Source of the DNA: Botryllus schlosseri
Lineage: Eukaryota
Assembly (NCBI GenBank): GCA_051294905.1
Contig: CM119386.1
Location: forward strand, 1,612,001 to 1,676,000
Reading direction: 5' to 3'
Length of the DNA: 64,000 nt
The position numbers and the translations under genes are program-made. The notes beneath the pieces are model-generated. The model saw only the letters and a program-made list of their open reading frames with translations. It did not search any database and had not been told where the DNA came from. Positions 22,801-36,235 of this stretch are shown piece after piece. Every line of letters starts with the position of its first letter. Position 1 is the stretch's first letter.

Positions 22801-25182
22801 TGACAAATATTGATATATTGTTGATTGTCTTTTTATATTATCTTATTATACTTTTCATCAGGACCGTAACTGCCGCACCCAAAACCTTCCAAAAAGGGGG
22901 GAGCTCGAAGAGGCCCAAAATTAACATAAATTAGAGAGTGATTTTTTTGAAATTTATGCAGCCGTTTCAAAAAAAATTCGCGCTGGGCGCGATTTATTGT
23001 TACCAGACATCTCGATTATTGGGTACCCTTCTCCCAAGAAAAAGTACGCATGCTTATAGAAATGGGCATTTCGGCGTCGGCCGTTACCATGCCACGACGC
23101 ACCAAGACATATGAAGTTTCAGGCCATGTAACATGCGACTCCGAGAAGTGTACCAGAACGATCCACTGCTGACCTAAAACTTCGATATATTTACAGATAT
23201 GTCTAATTGTCCATGTCCAATTGTCCATGTAGGCGCCTAAATGGTTGGCGACGAATGTTCCTATCTTGTCAATCTGAACCCCACAAGACGAATGCCATCC
23301 CGCAGGGTAAAATTATTTGCCAGTGAAGGAACATTAATTTGAAATAACATGCGTCTGTTAGTTTAATACATTTCAATATCTTTTGATATAGCAGACAGGT
23401 GGTCACGAAATAACACCCGGTTACGAATTCATTATACCAACGGTTCGCCAGAAGATGTTTAATATTATTTACGGGTCCTACACACATTTTCCAAAACACC
23501 TCACTCGGGTCTACCAGTAAATCTGATTACGTGGGCAGAGTCAGGATAAAAAATTGAAAGAAATATATTTGCAATTCCCCCGATCATATTGGCCGATTCA
23601 ATCGTTAATTATAGAAGATTTTCCCGCTTATCGCGTTTTGACGTAATAAGCTGTCTGAATACACGGTAGGTCTACAAGGTTAGTGTGCAGTGTGCACAGT
23701 GCAATGTGCAGTGCATGCATGTGTGCTATGTCTTGGTGCAATTGTGCCTACATGCCTCCTTTCTTTTACATTCATTAAGTGACATCGCCTAGGCACTGGT
23801 GGGTGGCTGATTTCAAAGACTACTCCTGGTAGCTTCGACACCTGACTATCTTTACATTGTGTAGCAATTTTGTGGCGTATTGTTAATAATAAACTGAACT
23901 GATATCCAAACACGCTTTTGCAAACTTTTACGAACTCGTGCCGTTGGGAGACGCACGTGAATCAATTTATTCGTGTAGTTTAGGTAGATGATAGCGTGTG
24001 GTTATTACCGTGCTGTCCTGGTATGCTGTTACGGAGATCCTTTGTTTCATATAATGTAATATACTTTGTTCACACTGTTGACGTTGGGTGTACTGCTGAC
24101 AAGTTGTTCGGTTTAGTAGCAATTTGTATCCGTTCAATACACCACAAAAATGTGAAACAATGAAAAGATAGTAAGCATTGCTAATCATGGACCAAAGCCG
24201 GATTGGATATCAGGCCGGATTTTTTCAATTTTAGCCGGAGCCGGATCAGTACTTTTTTGATACGGCCAGAAGCTGTATTATTAAGCATGACTTTTGTAAC
24301 TGAATAACTACCAACCACACGTCAGTAACCGTCACGCCAGTGCGGAAATAAACGAGCCACATTTATAAATTCACGGAACCACCGTATACGGTATACCGTC
24401 GTAGGGCGGAGCATGGACCGGAGCCGTATTGGATATCCGGCCGGACTTTTTCATTTTTGGCCGGAGCCGGGTCTGAGCCGGATCAGTACTTTTTCTGATA
24501 CGGGCCGGAGGCGGAGCAGAGAATTGAAAAACAGGATCGGAGTCGGACCAGAGAATTTGCTGATCCGCTTCGCGCTAATAGGAAGGTGTCGAAACGACTT
24601 GGAGTAGTCTTTGGAATCAGACACCCACCTGGCCTAGGCGACGTAAAGAGGAGGCATGCACACTGAACAAAACGTAAAACAAGATAGTATAATAAATCGC
24701 AAGCGTCAAAAAAGACGGGGTGGCATGTCACGACATGCAAGTGAGGCAAGTCATGGCAAGTGAGAGTCATGAGTCTACCAAGTAGAAACGAAATGAGCTA
24801 CGAATCTCTAAATGCGAACTTCTAATCAATGTTAACAGTGCAGACTTATACAGGATTTTGAAAATGCGCAATAGAACTAGAACTACTAACAATTAAAAAT
24901 TGGAACTATAACTAGTCAAAACAATAGTTAGTTGATTGTTACACGCACCCAGTATTGTTGGGCTCATTATGCACAACTGAAGTAGTGTGATATTTCAAGG
25001 AAAATTCTTGATGATGAATTAGATTTTCGATTAAGCTATATTTATCTTAGATTTCTGTTCATGTTTCTTTCTCGTCGTCACGCAAAGACTGATATAGGAA
25101 GTCGTAATTCAATAAATTTTTATCAAAGGCGTTAGGATTCGTTGAGATTCCAGTATTTCACGAAAATGTTAACCCTGTAAAC

Positions 25183-26280
25183 CAGGGGTGGGCAAACTTT
25201 TGAGCTCGCGGGCCGCATTCAACATCTAAATACATTCGCGGGCCGCACTATATAAAATTGAGATTATAAACCAAAACGCGATATTGATAATTTATTATAT
25301 AGCGAGGCCATGGAGATAATATATGGGCTTATTTAAAACAAGCCAAACATTGCTTTGATGATATCGTACTCTCGACAGAAACATATAGTGGCGAGATTTC
25401 ATAGGCTGGCGGACCTCAATGACCAATTTGTCAAAACTATATAGAGATGAAAGTCGGTTTGCCCGATTCTTAGAACCGTATTGAAATTTAAATCTTTGAC
25501 AGCGATCTTTACATAGATCTACTAATTCCACTTTTGGATCAGTCCCAGGACACACAATGCTGACAGCATCATAACCATGTTAGCTTCAAACACGCTTCTA
25601 CTATGTGTAGATAAAATATAAATACCCCAATTCTACGCATACAGACAACGAATCTACCTAAGACACGCCCGAATCGTTTTTATAAGCACAACACGGAAAT
25701 AATTAAAAATGGAGTGGACAATCTGAAATCCCACTCGTGATCCAAATTATGTCAATCTCACTGCAGCTATCCCGCTGTGATGTTAAGTATTTACCTTAGA
25801 TCAGTGGTTCTCAAACACGCCCCCCTATGATGGTGAAATATTTCGCACCCCCTTATCGTCATATCACAAAACGCAACCAGGATGCTAGCAAACCTAACGG
25901 GTAGTTTGGTGGTATGGAAGGTTACGACTGGGGATGAGAGATTTTTAAATATTTAATTCAGACTAAATACGGAGCAATAAATTTGAATTGGAAGTAAATC
26001 GCGCGAAGCGCGAAAAATTTTCAGTCGATCTCAGCTTCGTGCCCCACTTTCAGATGCTTTCACGCCCCAAGGGGTACGTGCCCACCAGTTCGAGAACCAC
26101 TGTTTAAAAATATCATGGTGAAATATACTCAGAAAAAGTCAATGAAGTCCCTACATTAATTCGATTTTTTGTACGCATTTTATCAATATTTGAAAAAAAG
26201 TTTCTTTAGACTCTCGCGGGCCGCACAGAACGGTGTTGCGGGCCGCATGCGGCCCGCGGGCCGTAGTTTGCCCACCCCTG
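25183..26280. mobile_element. hAT (Charlie/Buster-type) deletion derivative with a nested MITE at 25802-26102
   Basis: Perfect TIR CAGGGGTGGGCAAACT / AGTTTGCCCACCCCTG; perfect 8-bp TSD CTGTAAAC; GCGGGCCGC subterminal motifs; nested TIRs CAGTGGTTCTCAAAC / GTTCGAGAACCACTG. Confidence 0.92.
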
Positions 26281-26919
26281 CTGTAAACCTACCCATACCA
26301 CACGCACACACTTCTTTGAATCATCCTCGTGTTAGCGCTTTTCATGATTTGAAATCGATGAATCAATTTCACCACCGATATACGGGAGACAGCATTGTCG
26401 ACGAAAAAAATACAATTCAATTCCACGCGGCGCGTGCTTCAATCGCCGTTCTACGGCGAACAATATAATCGACGTTATCTGAGAAGATCAATCCACCCGA
26501 ATCACGTCATCCATCTTCAAAGTCGAGTCGAGCGTGACTTGGCTTACAGACCGACCAGCGGAACAACAACTCGCAGTGCGACGAGAATCAGACTATAGGA
26601 AAAGTATAAGATCTTTAGTTTTTCCAACTTATATTAGAATTAGAACAGTAGCTAGACGTTTCTCTCCAGATTAGATTATAATTAGAATGATTGAATCGAA
26701 AAAACTTGGAATTGGAACGAAATACAATGAATATCAACTTCAGCTCATAATATCACATGAGACATTATTCTCACAAGCATGAGAATATCAATAGTCTGTA
26801 CAACAGGCTTGACTCGTTTCGCACTATACAGTTCCCCTGCAGCATCTTCAGGAAGACCAGAAATTAGTTTAGAATTGATATAATCATCATCATCATCATT
26901 GGTTTATTAGCAATTTTAT

Positions 26920-27105
26920 CAGTTCAATACACCACAAAAATGCGATACAATGAAAAGACAGGAAGATGTCGAAGCGACAAGGAGTAGTCTATGGAATCTG
27001 ACACCCACCTTGGCCTAGGCGATGTAAAGAGGAGGCATGCACACTGAATGAAAGTAAAGAAGATAGTATAGAAAAGAATGCGACAAGAAATAGGGCGGCA
27101 TGTCA
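26920..27105 (-). repeat. Dispersed ~200-250-bp repeat (CAGTGTGCATGCCTCCTCTTTACATCGCCTAGGC core); copies at about 8385-8500, 21900-22095, 23700-23910, 24110-24760 (interrupted), 28340-28400, 55470-55560
   Basis: Clear multi-copy homology; several copies end near AATAAA, suggesting a retro-origin; class undetermined. Confidence 0.75.
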
Positions 27106-29312
27106 TGGGAAGCGAGATCGATAGGTCAGTCGTGGTCCGGTAATCTTGAGGATGGACTGTATTTATTTAGTAGTAATTGCTTGTATTTCGACTTGAATGT
27201 GGACATGCTCGTCGACTGTCGGATGGCGGGCGGGCATCGAAATATCTCACAAATTAGATACGAATTAGATTATCGCCATATCGCTCTGAATTATTTAACC
27301 AGACAACTAGGACTAGGGCTAGAACTATCAAGTTGTGTACGTATGGTGAGAATGGATAAAGAAACGGGTATGTTCACGGTCATATCGGTGTGGCTTTGTC
27401 GATTCGTATACCTCGATTTTCGTTACCCTCGGGGTGTCCGTGTGAAATCACGTGATCCCCATTCATTCGTTTTGGCGCGTGTAGCGATTCAAACCTGCGC
27501 GAAGTATTCGCGTGGCTTTTGTCTGAAACAATGTCAGGATGAGGCCGCGTCGCAGAGACTGGCACTGGCGGGTCAGTTGCTAATCGAACGCGTGGCAGAT
27601 GTACGCCAATCGGAAATTGGCTTCTTAGGCGCAAAGCTAGAAGTTTGATTAACAGGATTTGTCTAATTCGAACGCTTGGATCGATAGCTTGAGATCGTTT
27701 TTCAGGCAGTGTCGCGAGGCAGTTAGTTTCATTGCCAAACAATTTTGCAACCACACTGCACACGACTCAGCTCACTCAATCTGCACAGTGGGCAGACTTT
27801 GACAACTAGGTGATTCTGGAGCGAAATGACGGTGATCTAATTTGTGAAATGCTTCTATGCTGTAATCTAATTTCTGATTTTCGTGAAAATGCTAGAATGT
27901 CCGTCTACTGTGCGAAACGATTCCAAGCTTATTGATGTAGGCCTACATATATATGCCGTTATATAGTGCTTATGGGAACGAACTCTGCTCTGATGTGAAC
28001 TGAGCTTGTTTTTAGTTGTGTTTTTCTGATTCAGAAGTTTTTTCGAATTCAGGAATTTGATATTTTTTCAGCTGTTTAACTGTAACAGTGGGTGAGCGAT
28101 GACTTTGTTCGGCGCGGTTGCTAAATTTTGTCTATCTCCAATACTATGTGAACCTGTTCTATCTAGCAAGCGTTTGAGATTACAGAATCATGAACTGACA
28201 TATCGACTACCTGCCTGCACAATAAGCTGGTCCTTCTTAAGTTATCTTCCTTGACTTTTTATACAGAGTACACTGTGCGTACATACCTCTGTGTCCTGTG
28301 TAACAGTGACTCTTCAATTGAAAGACTACCCCACGTAGTTTCGACAGCTTCCTATCTTTTCGTTATATCGCAACCTTGTGGTGTTTTGAATTGATCAAGA
28401 TAGTAATAACCAGAACCAAGCGACTCGGATCTTAGAGCAGTTTTTAATAAACAGTCCCAGATACTCATGGTTGACCTCGAGGATAGCTGACATCACTGAA
28501 AATATTAATAGAGGGGTTTCGCTCAGGTCGGCTGCAGCTCAACCCAGATCTCAGACTACCGGCATCTACTCTAGCGTCATAAACTGGCATCGCTAGAACG
28601 CAGCATTCACTGATTCTGTGCTACAACCTACAACTAAAAACCGGTCTGCAAAACAGCAACGTATCTATCGTTTGTAGGCTCCATTCCACAATACACAGTG
28701 ACTATAGCTGCTGTATAGCAATCTGCTGTTGTGGCAGAATCCTACTCGGTGCACAAACGCGATTTGCAGATTATCCAGGCTGCCGTAATAATCGCGTAAA
28801 ACGTACACCACGAAATCAGCGACGCGCGAAAATGATTTTATAGCGACAAGATTTTGACATTTCCCAGATTTCAGAAATAGAACGCACTGTTTTCGACGAG
28901 ACGTCGATGGTGACGAAAGACGAGAGATACCAGACCCCCATTGTGATAAAATCGATGGAAACATCGCCCTCTGTCACCACGACCTTAGAGTGATAGAGAT
29001 AACGTAACTTCAGTTTCCTCGCAATACTCACATTTTGACAGTGAGATCGCTCGTAACTAGTCCTGAGGTGTGGAGTTATGTTACGTTTCGTGTAACGCAA
29101 ATTCGCTGCTATGTAGCACAGCCTTCAAAACCGTCAGACTGCGTCAGAGCCACCCAAAGAGTTCAAGCTGTCAGCAAAGCTTCAACCAAAACGCTGTCTG
29201 CTTGGTTTGCGTATGGATAACTATTTTCGTAATCAGTACGACAGTAGCTTTCGTTTGAGACTACTTTCAGTATATTTTTCGCTCGGGTCGCAAGCTATCA
29301 TGTCTAGGCCTC

Positions 29313-29658
29313 GAGGGTTACCATACGTTCTCATTTGAGAGGATTTGCCCTCTTTCTTCAATAAATTGAAAGTGTACTCGGACTACGACTAAATGTCCTC
29401 TTTTTTGTGAATTTGTCCTCATTTTCTAGAAATAGGTATTGAAATGTGATCCAAAACTCAACCACGACGCAGCGAACAGCAGAGTTTCGTAAAAATCAGG
29501 TAAAGTAGAAGTTGAGTCAAGATGATTACCTACACATTATCGTAAAAAAAAGCGGGTAATTCGGGAGTCTAACCGGAGTGATGACCTTTTTTGTGCTGGA
29601 GCTTTTATAATTTTTGAAAAGTGTCAAATTTTTCAGATCTCTAAATATGGTAACCCTA
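29313..29658. mobile_element. MITE with (T)AGGGTTACCATA termini and GAGGAC/GTCCTC motifs; relatives at about 6830-7117, 9445-9780, 51990-52143
   Basis: AGGGTTACCATA ... TATGGTAACCCTA inverted ends; no clear TSD. Confidence 0.65.
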
Positions 29659-30225
29659 ATAATATCACCATATCTGTTAATGAGGCTACCGTTACTAGAT
29701 GTCTCTGGTTGCCCAAGCGGGTAGTCACTTGTTTCGCATCTATACGTATAGGTTAATTATCTAAATATAGTTTGCGTTGCTCTGCCATTCCGGTAAACCG
29801 TTATCGCGAATTCACGCAAAAACGCAGTGCGCCTAGTCTCAAACACGTACCAAGTGTTAACTATACGATGCGTCATGGTGAGAAGGTTTCGTGTTAGCAT
29901 GGAACAGCTCACGGTTGTCATTTCAGTCAAGAATCGTGTTTCATTACTTCGCCTCGAGGGCCTCTCGTGAAATAGATCGCGATCTCAAGTGTATTTTGAG
30001 AACGAATGCAGAGCGAGAAATGAAACACCTTTTGTCGAAAACGCACGTACAAGCGTTCCTCCTCCGGGCGTGGTTTTGTTGGATCTTGTACGACCGCTGA
30101 AAATTTACCCAGAGAAGCACAGGAGACGGTCAGTCGTAGCAGGAAAGATGGATCGCGATGCTGGGCAAAATCTTGTACCTGAGTGATTCGATTATCACTA
30201 AAGCTGACGCCATGACAGTATGCAT

Positions 30226-30490
30226 GATGTGGAAAGTTTAAATATTGTACCTTTTTACGACCACAAAGAGTATAATGCAATCTGTATCTGTACATCACAA
30301 TACAAATAATTTGGGAATATATCGACCGTGGTTATTTGATTGCACATTGTGACAATGCTGTGGGTTGATCACGACTTCACATATATATCATTTCCAGTAA
30401 CGTGCGCAGATTTCTACTAATGTTCCGTATGCTACGATACGACCGATCGACATTTCAAAGATTCCACAGTGGAAAATTGTATCGAAAGTA
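30226..30490 (+). repeat. Dispersed ~250-bp repeat ending in palindrome TTCCAC(A/T)GTGGAA; copies at about 1297-1533(+), 3512-3655(+), 45903-46160(-), 57050-57345(-), 60369-60617(-)
   Basis: Shared GATGTGGAAAGT start, CATACGAAACATGTAGTA / CGACCAATCGA core and terminal palindrome; class undetermined. Confidence 0.75.
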
Positions 30491-31755
30491 TAATTATCGT
30501 TAATAAATTAGCCATTAGCAGCAAGAAGCGTCTAATTTCAGCACCCTATTCTAAAAATCATTACCCACTCACTCTGTAGCACAGGGCAGCTGTAAATTAA
30601 TCTTGTTTACAGCGGCAGCTTTGCGGGAAAATAGTATTAGTGTTGTCATGGCTTTATTCACATATGGTTCGACTACATTTTTATCGAGCGGCCTTTGATA
30701 TGGATTGAGATGTGGGATGCTCCTCTGATTCGACAGGCCATTCTCACGGCGGCATAATTTAATATTGTCGCGGGAGTTTCAATAAATCGCGTGAAATATT
30801 ATTGATTCTGGCATCATTCCCACACACAGCCCCTCACACAGAGTTAGTCGACTGGACAATTTTCGGCTTTTCCAAATTTGATTAAAATAGGAATTACTGA
30901 ATTTACAAAAACTTGGACATTGAATTTAATTCCGAAATATAAAGAAATACAACAAAAACCATAGTTGATTCTCATAAGTACGAGAATCACAAATGTCTAC
31001 ACACCGATCTTGGCCCATTTCCCACGATACAGTTCTCCTGTAGAATTTTCAGGTAAACCAGAAATTGGATTAGAATGAGACTGAGAGCTTAGAAGCATTT
31101 CACAAATTAGATTATTGTCATGTCGATCTAGTTATGCAACTCCTCCCACACAGGCAGCATGAACTATAGTCAGCTATGGACGCTATACCCGATTTTTGTC
31201 ATAATTTCATTGTGTTTCGCAATTTCGCCGCCGTTGTGCTATTAAACCGCCTTGCATCATCTAGCTACAAGATATTTGATGAATGTTTGCTCTCATTTTA
31301 CCTCGGTATTCGGCATCGTACATTGAAAGAATTTCAAGCTAAGAAGCTGTATAGAGTCTCTGTTGCGCAGCGATTTTTCATGGTAATTTTGACGAAATAG
31401 TTCCCGGCCGATGGTAATTATGACAGAGCTGCAAAGAATTGCAGCAACTCCATTTCGCAAACAATTTTTCGGTATCCATGCAATACGGGCTGTTTTAGCG
31501 ATGCAAAATATGCAGAGTAACTGCCCTGGCGGGCTACTGCGTTCGAAATAATGTACGTATCTTGAAATGTCGGCAATTTTATTTTTGCGGTTTCTCTCCC
31601 ACGAGATCTGATGAGATCGCTGGCTTTAATGGAATTTCAAAAATTCAAAATGATATTCGGCACAAACATGTTTCTCCAAAAGCAAGCCATTCTATTATGT
31701 TCCTTATCAATTTAGCGATCAGTTGTCTATAAGAAACTCTATAATGTCTTATGAT

Positions 31756-32163
31756 TAGAGTCCGACCGATTATAATCGTAAATACCGAGTCGATATCAAA
31801 AACGGTGTAAGAAATATCGCTATCCGTCGGCCATTAGAGATCAAGAATATCGGCAATTTTCGTCACGTAACAACATATAGTATAATAGAAGTCAGAGAAC
31901 TGTGATTTTCGACCTCTGGACTTGAAATATTGGTATCTTTCTTATAGCTTAAAGTGTCCAGGATGTAGCATTTCTAGTTTATTTCATGTCTAAGCAATGA
32001 CCGTAAAGCTGTTCTAATATATGATCATAAGTTTTGGAAATGCGCCTTAAGCTTGATGCCATATCTTTTGCATATCGGCTGAATATATCGGGTTATCGGT
32101 GCAGGTGCCTCTTACTGGTTTTATCGGTATCGGCTCAAAAATCCGTTATTATATCAGGCTCTA
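31756..32163. mobile_element. hAT-like MITE with ATCGG/CCGAT subterminal repeats
   Basis: Ends TAGAGTCCGACCGAT / ATATCAGGCTCTA; 8-bp TSD CTTATGAT / ATTATGAT (7/8). Confidence 0.72.
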
Positions 32164-35100
32164 ATTATGATATCGATATCATGGAATATACTCCAACTTG
32201 GATCCTGTTAGACTATTTCGCGTCCTTGCGATCCGATCAGTCAAATTTCAACGCCGCACTTCGGGTTATATAGATTCCAAATAGATATATGTTGAATAAA
32301 GTGTCGCCTTCTCGCGAGGTTTTGAAATATGAATGAGACCAAAAGGTTAGACTGCGAGCTTCCAAGTATATACCGCCATTCAAGCGTGATATTTCGTATT
32401 TGAAACATATTTACATGCGGGCTCTTGCGTAGGTCGCTATGAAAGTACAGGGATCCGTCGGTCAATATTAGGCAGTCGGTGTATTGACAGCAGCGCGGTT
32501 TAACGATTGCAGGGAACACCAGCCCCGTGTTTTGCGCAGGGATATCCGGACTGGAAATCCCTGATTTTAGACGTGGACAACTAGTCATTCTATAGTTGTA
32601 TAATTAGACTACTTAAAACGAAATACCGGTGATCTAGTTATAATCTAATTTGTGAAATTTATATCTATGCTCTCAATTTTAATATAAATCTAATTTCAAG
32701 TTTTCCTGAAAATGCTACTTGAGAACTGTATAATGCGAAACGTGCCATTGTCATGCTTATGAGAATGACCATTAATTTGATATAAAATTGACCTGCTTTT
32801 TGTTGTATTTCTTTATAATTCGTAACTTAAATCAGCATCAAAGTTTAGGTGAATTCAGTTTCATTCCGATCTAATTTAGTAAAACTATGTAGCTATAATT
32901 CTAATTTGAAGAAGCTAGAAATTTTGTACAGCCGTCCTATTCTACCTTGCTTTGCGTTCAGCGAATTCTGCGTGACAAAGCCGTAGATAGTTTTTACTGT
33001 TGTTTACGGAGAATGAGTCGCTCAGACGTCACATCGATGATTTCGTCTTTCTCCGAAGCCTCAGGCAGTTTACACGTCGCTGCGCGCGCGCTTGACGGGA
33101 CACTCTTTGGAACGTGTCAGAGAATTTAAGACTTCTTGGTTACGAAACAGCAGAGGTCAAAGCCAAGAAAGAGTGTTCTCCCTTACACGTGTGCGTAAAG
33201 GAGATTTAAAGGATCAGAATTTTGGATTTTGACAAGAGTTGGTTTCTTCTGTAACAGGATTGGTTCCGGGATCGCTACCTGTCCGAGTATCCGTGTCAGC
33301 ACCAGTTTATTAAGAATTCCGTCATTTACGAACACCGCAAGACTACGATCCAATGAATAAGATAGGCCTGGAGTAGCCTTTGAAATCAGGCACAAACCTG
33401 GGCCAAGTTAAGGTAAATAAGAGGCATTCACACTGGATGGAACGAAATAAGGGATAGTATATAACTGTTGATGAAAATGAATGACGCATGTGTTGAAAGG
33501 CGAGGTTGATAGGTCAGACGGGACCAGGACAGGATTCTGAATTTCTAATTCGCGAAAGTGACTTTCTCCCTCTGTTTTCAATATACCTGAACGGATTTCT
33601 GCATCTAAAAGATTGTGTATTCACGTTCAAAAATTGGCCCACGAAAACGGAACCTGCCTCACATTTCAGAAATCCCGTTCTTGGCATGTCGATCGAATAG
33701 CGGAGTAGCGGACCTGTCAGCGACTGAACAAAATTTCCTTACTTGTGTGTTATATTATTGTACGCTTTTAGCCAATCATTATTATCAATCGACGTTTTTC
33801 TTTCTCTTTATGTAGCCGATCGCTAGCTTATAGTTGGTTTGGTTACTTTGCGGTAGAGGCAGTTCTGATTGATTCATGATGTATAGCACCAAACCTCAAT
33901 GCAATACCTATAGATGTATAATCGCAACATGATAGACAAAATTCTAATTTTGACATCATACGCAAAACAGCATCTGCATTGGATCAGAATTGCTTTTTGT
34001 CGTGCAGCATTGAACCTGGACCCTACAAAATGATAATAATTCTAAAATAAATCTAAAATGTTTTATCTCTTCGCTTCCCGCAAGCGCGCGGTATTGATCG
34101 TCAACCATATGGCTTCCTATAGTTACCCAAAAGGTGCATATTGCGAAAGGAATAAAACGCGTCGACAGGACCTGCGGTGACAGCAAAATGTAGGCGGTCG
34201 ATCAATAAAAGTGCGGAGTTTCAAAATATTGAGTGCTCTTGAATAATGGATGCGAGCTTGATCATTCGAACGGGCCCGTGTGTAGTTCAATTTTGCAGCG
34301 GTGGCCAATTGACAGGGGGATTAACGGCTAGTTTAGGCAAACAACGAATTGCTAAATAGACTGTGTATTGATTTAGTGGATTTTGATGACGTAACTTAGA
34401 ATCAGGCTGATTTTAATTACTCAGGCTCATTCAGAGTATTGCGACAGTAACGAGATTATTCCTCACCACTGCTGATACCGCGACCATGCACTATGTCCTT
34501 GTCATACATTGGAATTGAGGAGTTAAAACGTAGAATATGCTTTTCTAGCAAAAACTTGCTTCAGCAAAATAAGTATCCGACCGTTCCGCAACCAGTGAGA
34601 TATTTAAAGATGCTCTTGGAGTAATAGAACTATAATATACAATTGAATAATATATTGATATTGAAATGAAATAATATTTTCGGCCGGCACTCGTCGGGGG
34701 TAATCGTCAGCAACTTGTTAATAACAGAGGTTTATTTCAATGTGAATATGATATTCAATTGTATACACAAGCTAGATAAATCGTCACGTTCCGCGCGAAA
34801 AGCAACTCGCGTAAAATCCCGACTATACGTCAGAGTCCTGCCAGGTAACTCGTAAACATGTTATAATTTGTTGAAAGGAACGCTTCGGCTGTCGCCAAAA
34901 GGCTTGTAAAAATCGACACCCTATTATTAATAACAAGTAGACATGCTTTACTATAACGTTTTGATAACTGGGAGAGTGTCAACATGTTGACTGATATTTT
35001 GTGTCCTTGTTCTAGTGCTATTGAATGGTATTCATATAAAAAATGAAGATTCAGATTGTCAGAAAATGTATCGGACAGTTGGTTAAAATTTCGTGCCTAA

Positions 35101-36068
35101 CTCAGCGCCTTTTGCGATTTTGTTACCTTGCGTGTCAGCCATCATAAGAAACCACCGTGTATCGTAAAAGATCGACCGCTCTTTCGTAATCCTTTCGGCT
35201 CCACCGATCTTCCGTATGTATTTACGCAAGTAACCATGACGACGACGTTAAAAGTTTGGGAAACATCCCGAGAGCTATGTTTTCTAAGAAAGGTTTAACG
35301 AAACTGAGCCCCAGACTCGAACAACCTTCACTTTCGACGCAGTTAGACGAGTTTGCCTACAATTTGCGTGCATGCTCAGACGCACAGTTGGACAATTAGA
35401 AAATCTTCAGTTTTTTTTCCAAATTAAAGTAGAATGATGGCTACACTCTTTTTTTCTAATTAGATTAGAATTATTAAATCCGCAACAACTTGAATCAGAT
35501 TTCTAATTAGAAGGAAATGCTACGAAATCACGTCCAGTTCATATCAAACCTGAGTTCACTTCTCATAAGCACGAGAATGGCAACCGCCTGTGCAGCAGGC
35601 TTGCCTCGTTTCGCACTATACAGTTCTCCTGTAGCATTTTCAGCAAAGCCAGGAATTACAAGAGTCAAAATGAGAGCGTAGAAACATGTCACAAATTACA
35701 TTAGAATTAGACGACTAGAATTATCTGTAGCTGTCCAAGTCTGAGCCTTCGAATCAAACATTGAAGTTGTTGAGAAAGTGTAATGTTCAGTGACAAAACA
35801 AACGCGTTTGTGTTATCTGGAACCGAGTCTTCCATACATGTTCATTGTTCAATGTTCGTTGTTCAATGTACATGTTCGTTCAAGCGTTACATTACGTAAT
35901 GGCTGTTGCTTCCAGATTGGCGGCTTTTTCGCGCTAGAAAACCAATTCTGCTCTTTTCAATCACAAAACTACGCCTCGATTGAATTGAACAGGCTTTGAA
36001 ACAGTCTGTTCTCTTAGTGATGAATTCAGCGTACAGCATACAGCCATCGGACACCTCGCTTGACTTAC

Positions 36069-36235
36069 CGCTAAATCTCAACCTTGTTGATCAACGAGAT
36101 AGATGGAGTCGCAATCTCGCATTTTAAGTTAGTTTGTAGTACAATGTAGGCGTATTACAATGTCGTCAAAACTGCGAAATTGTTATTGAACGCGCTTGAT
36201 GTTTGCAGAGCCCGCTTTTATAATCTTATACGTCA
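36069..36235 (-). promoter_or_regulatory. Candidate TATA promoter and non-coding first exon on the minus strand
   Basis: TGACGTA (36235-36229), TATAAAAG (36222-36215), Inr-like TCAA 25-35 nt downstream, strong donor G|GTAAGT at 36068; motif evidence only. Confidence 0.3.

Noticed and set aside
23020-23150. GHFGV motif suggestive of a gypsy integrase zinc finger
   Set aside because: It needs several frameshifts, the CxxC is missing, and no LTRs or other pol motifs are nearby.
25355-25520. Possible Charlie-type transposase relic inside hAT 25183-26280 (VARFHRL, NLNL)
   Set aside because: Too fragmentary to annotate separately by eye; only the enclosing element is reported.
26960-27010. GAAAC-containing stem in the CGCCTAGGC repeat family as a second hammerhead
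   Set aside because: No CUGANGA core on either strand in any copy.
27100-27648. 182-aa plus-strand ORF
   Set aside because: No recognisable motif or splice structure; it starts in a repeat and crosses an AATTAGA MITE fragment.
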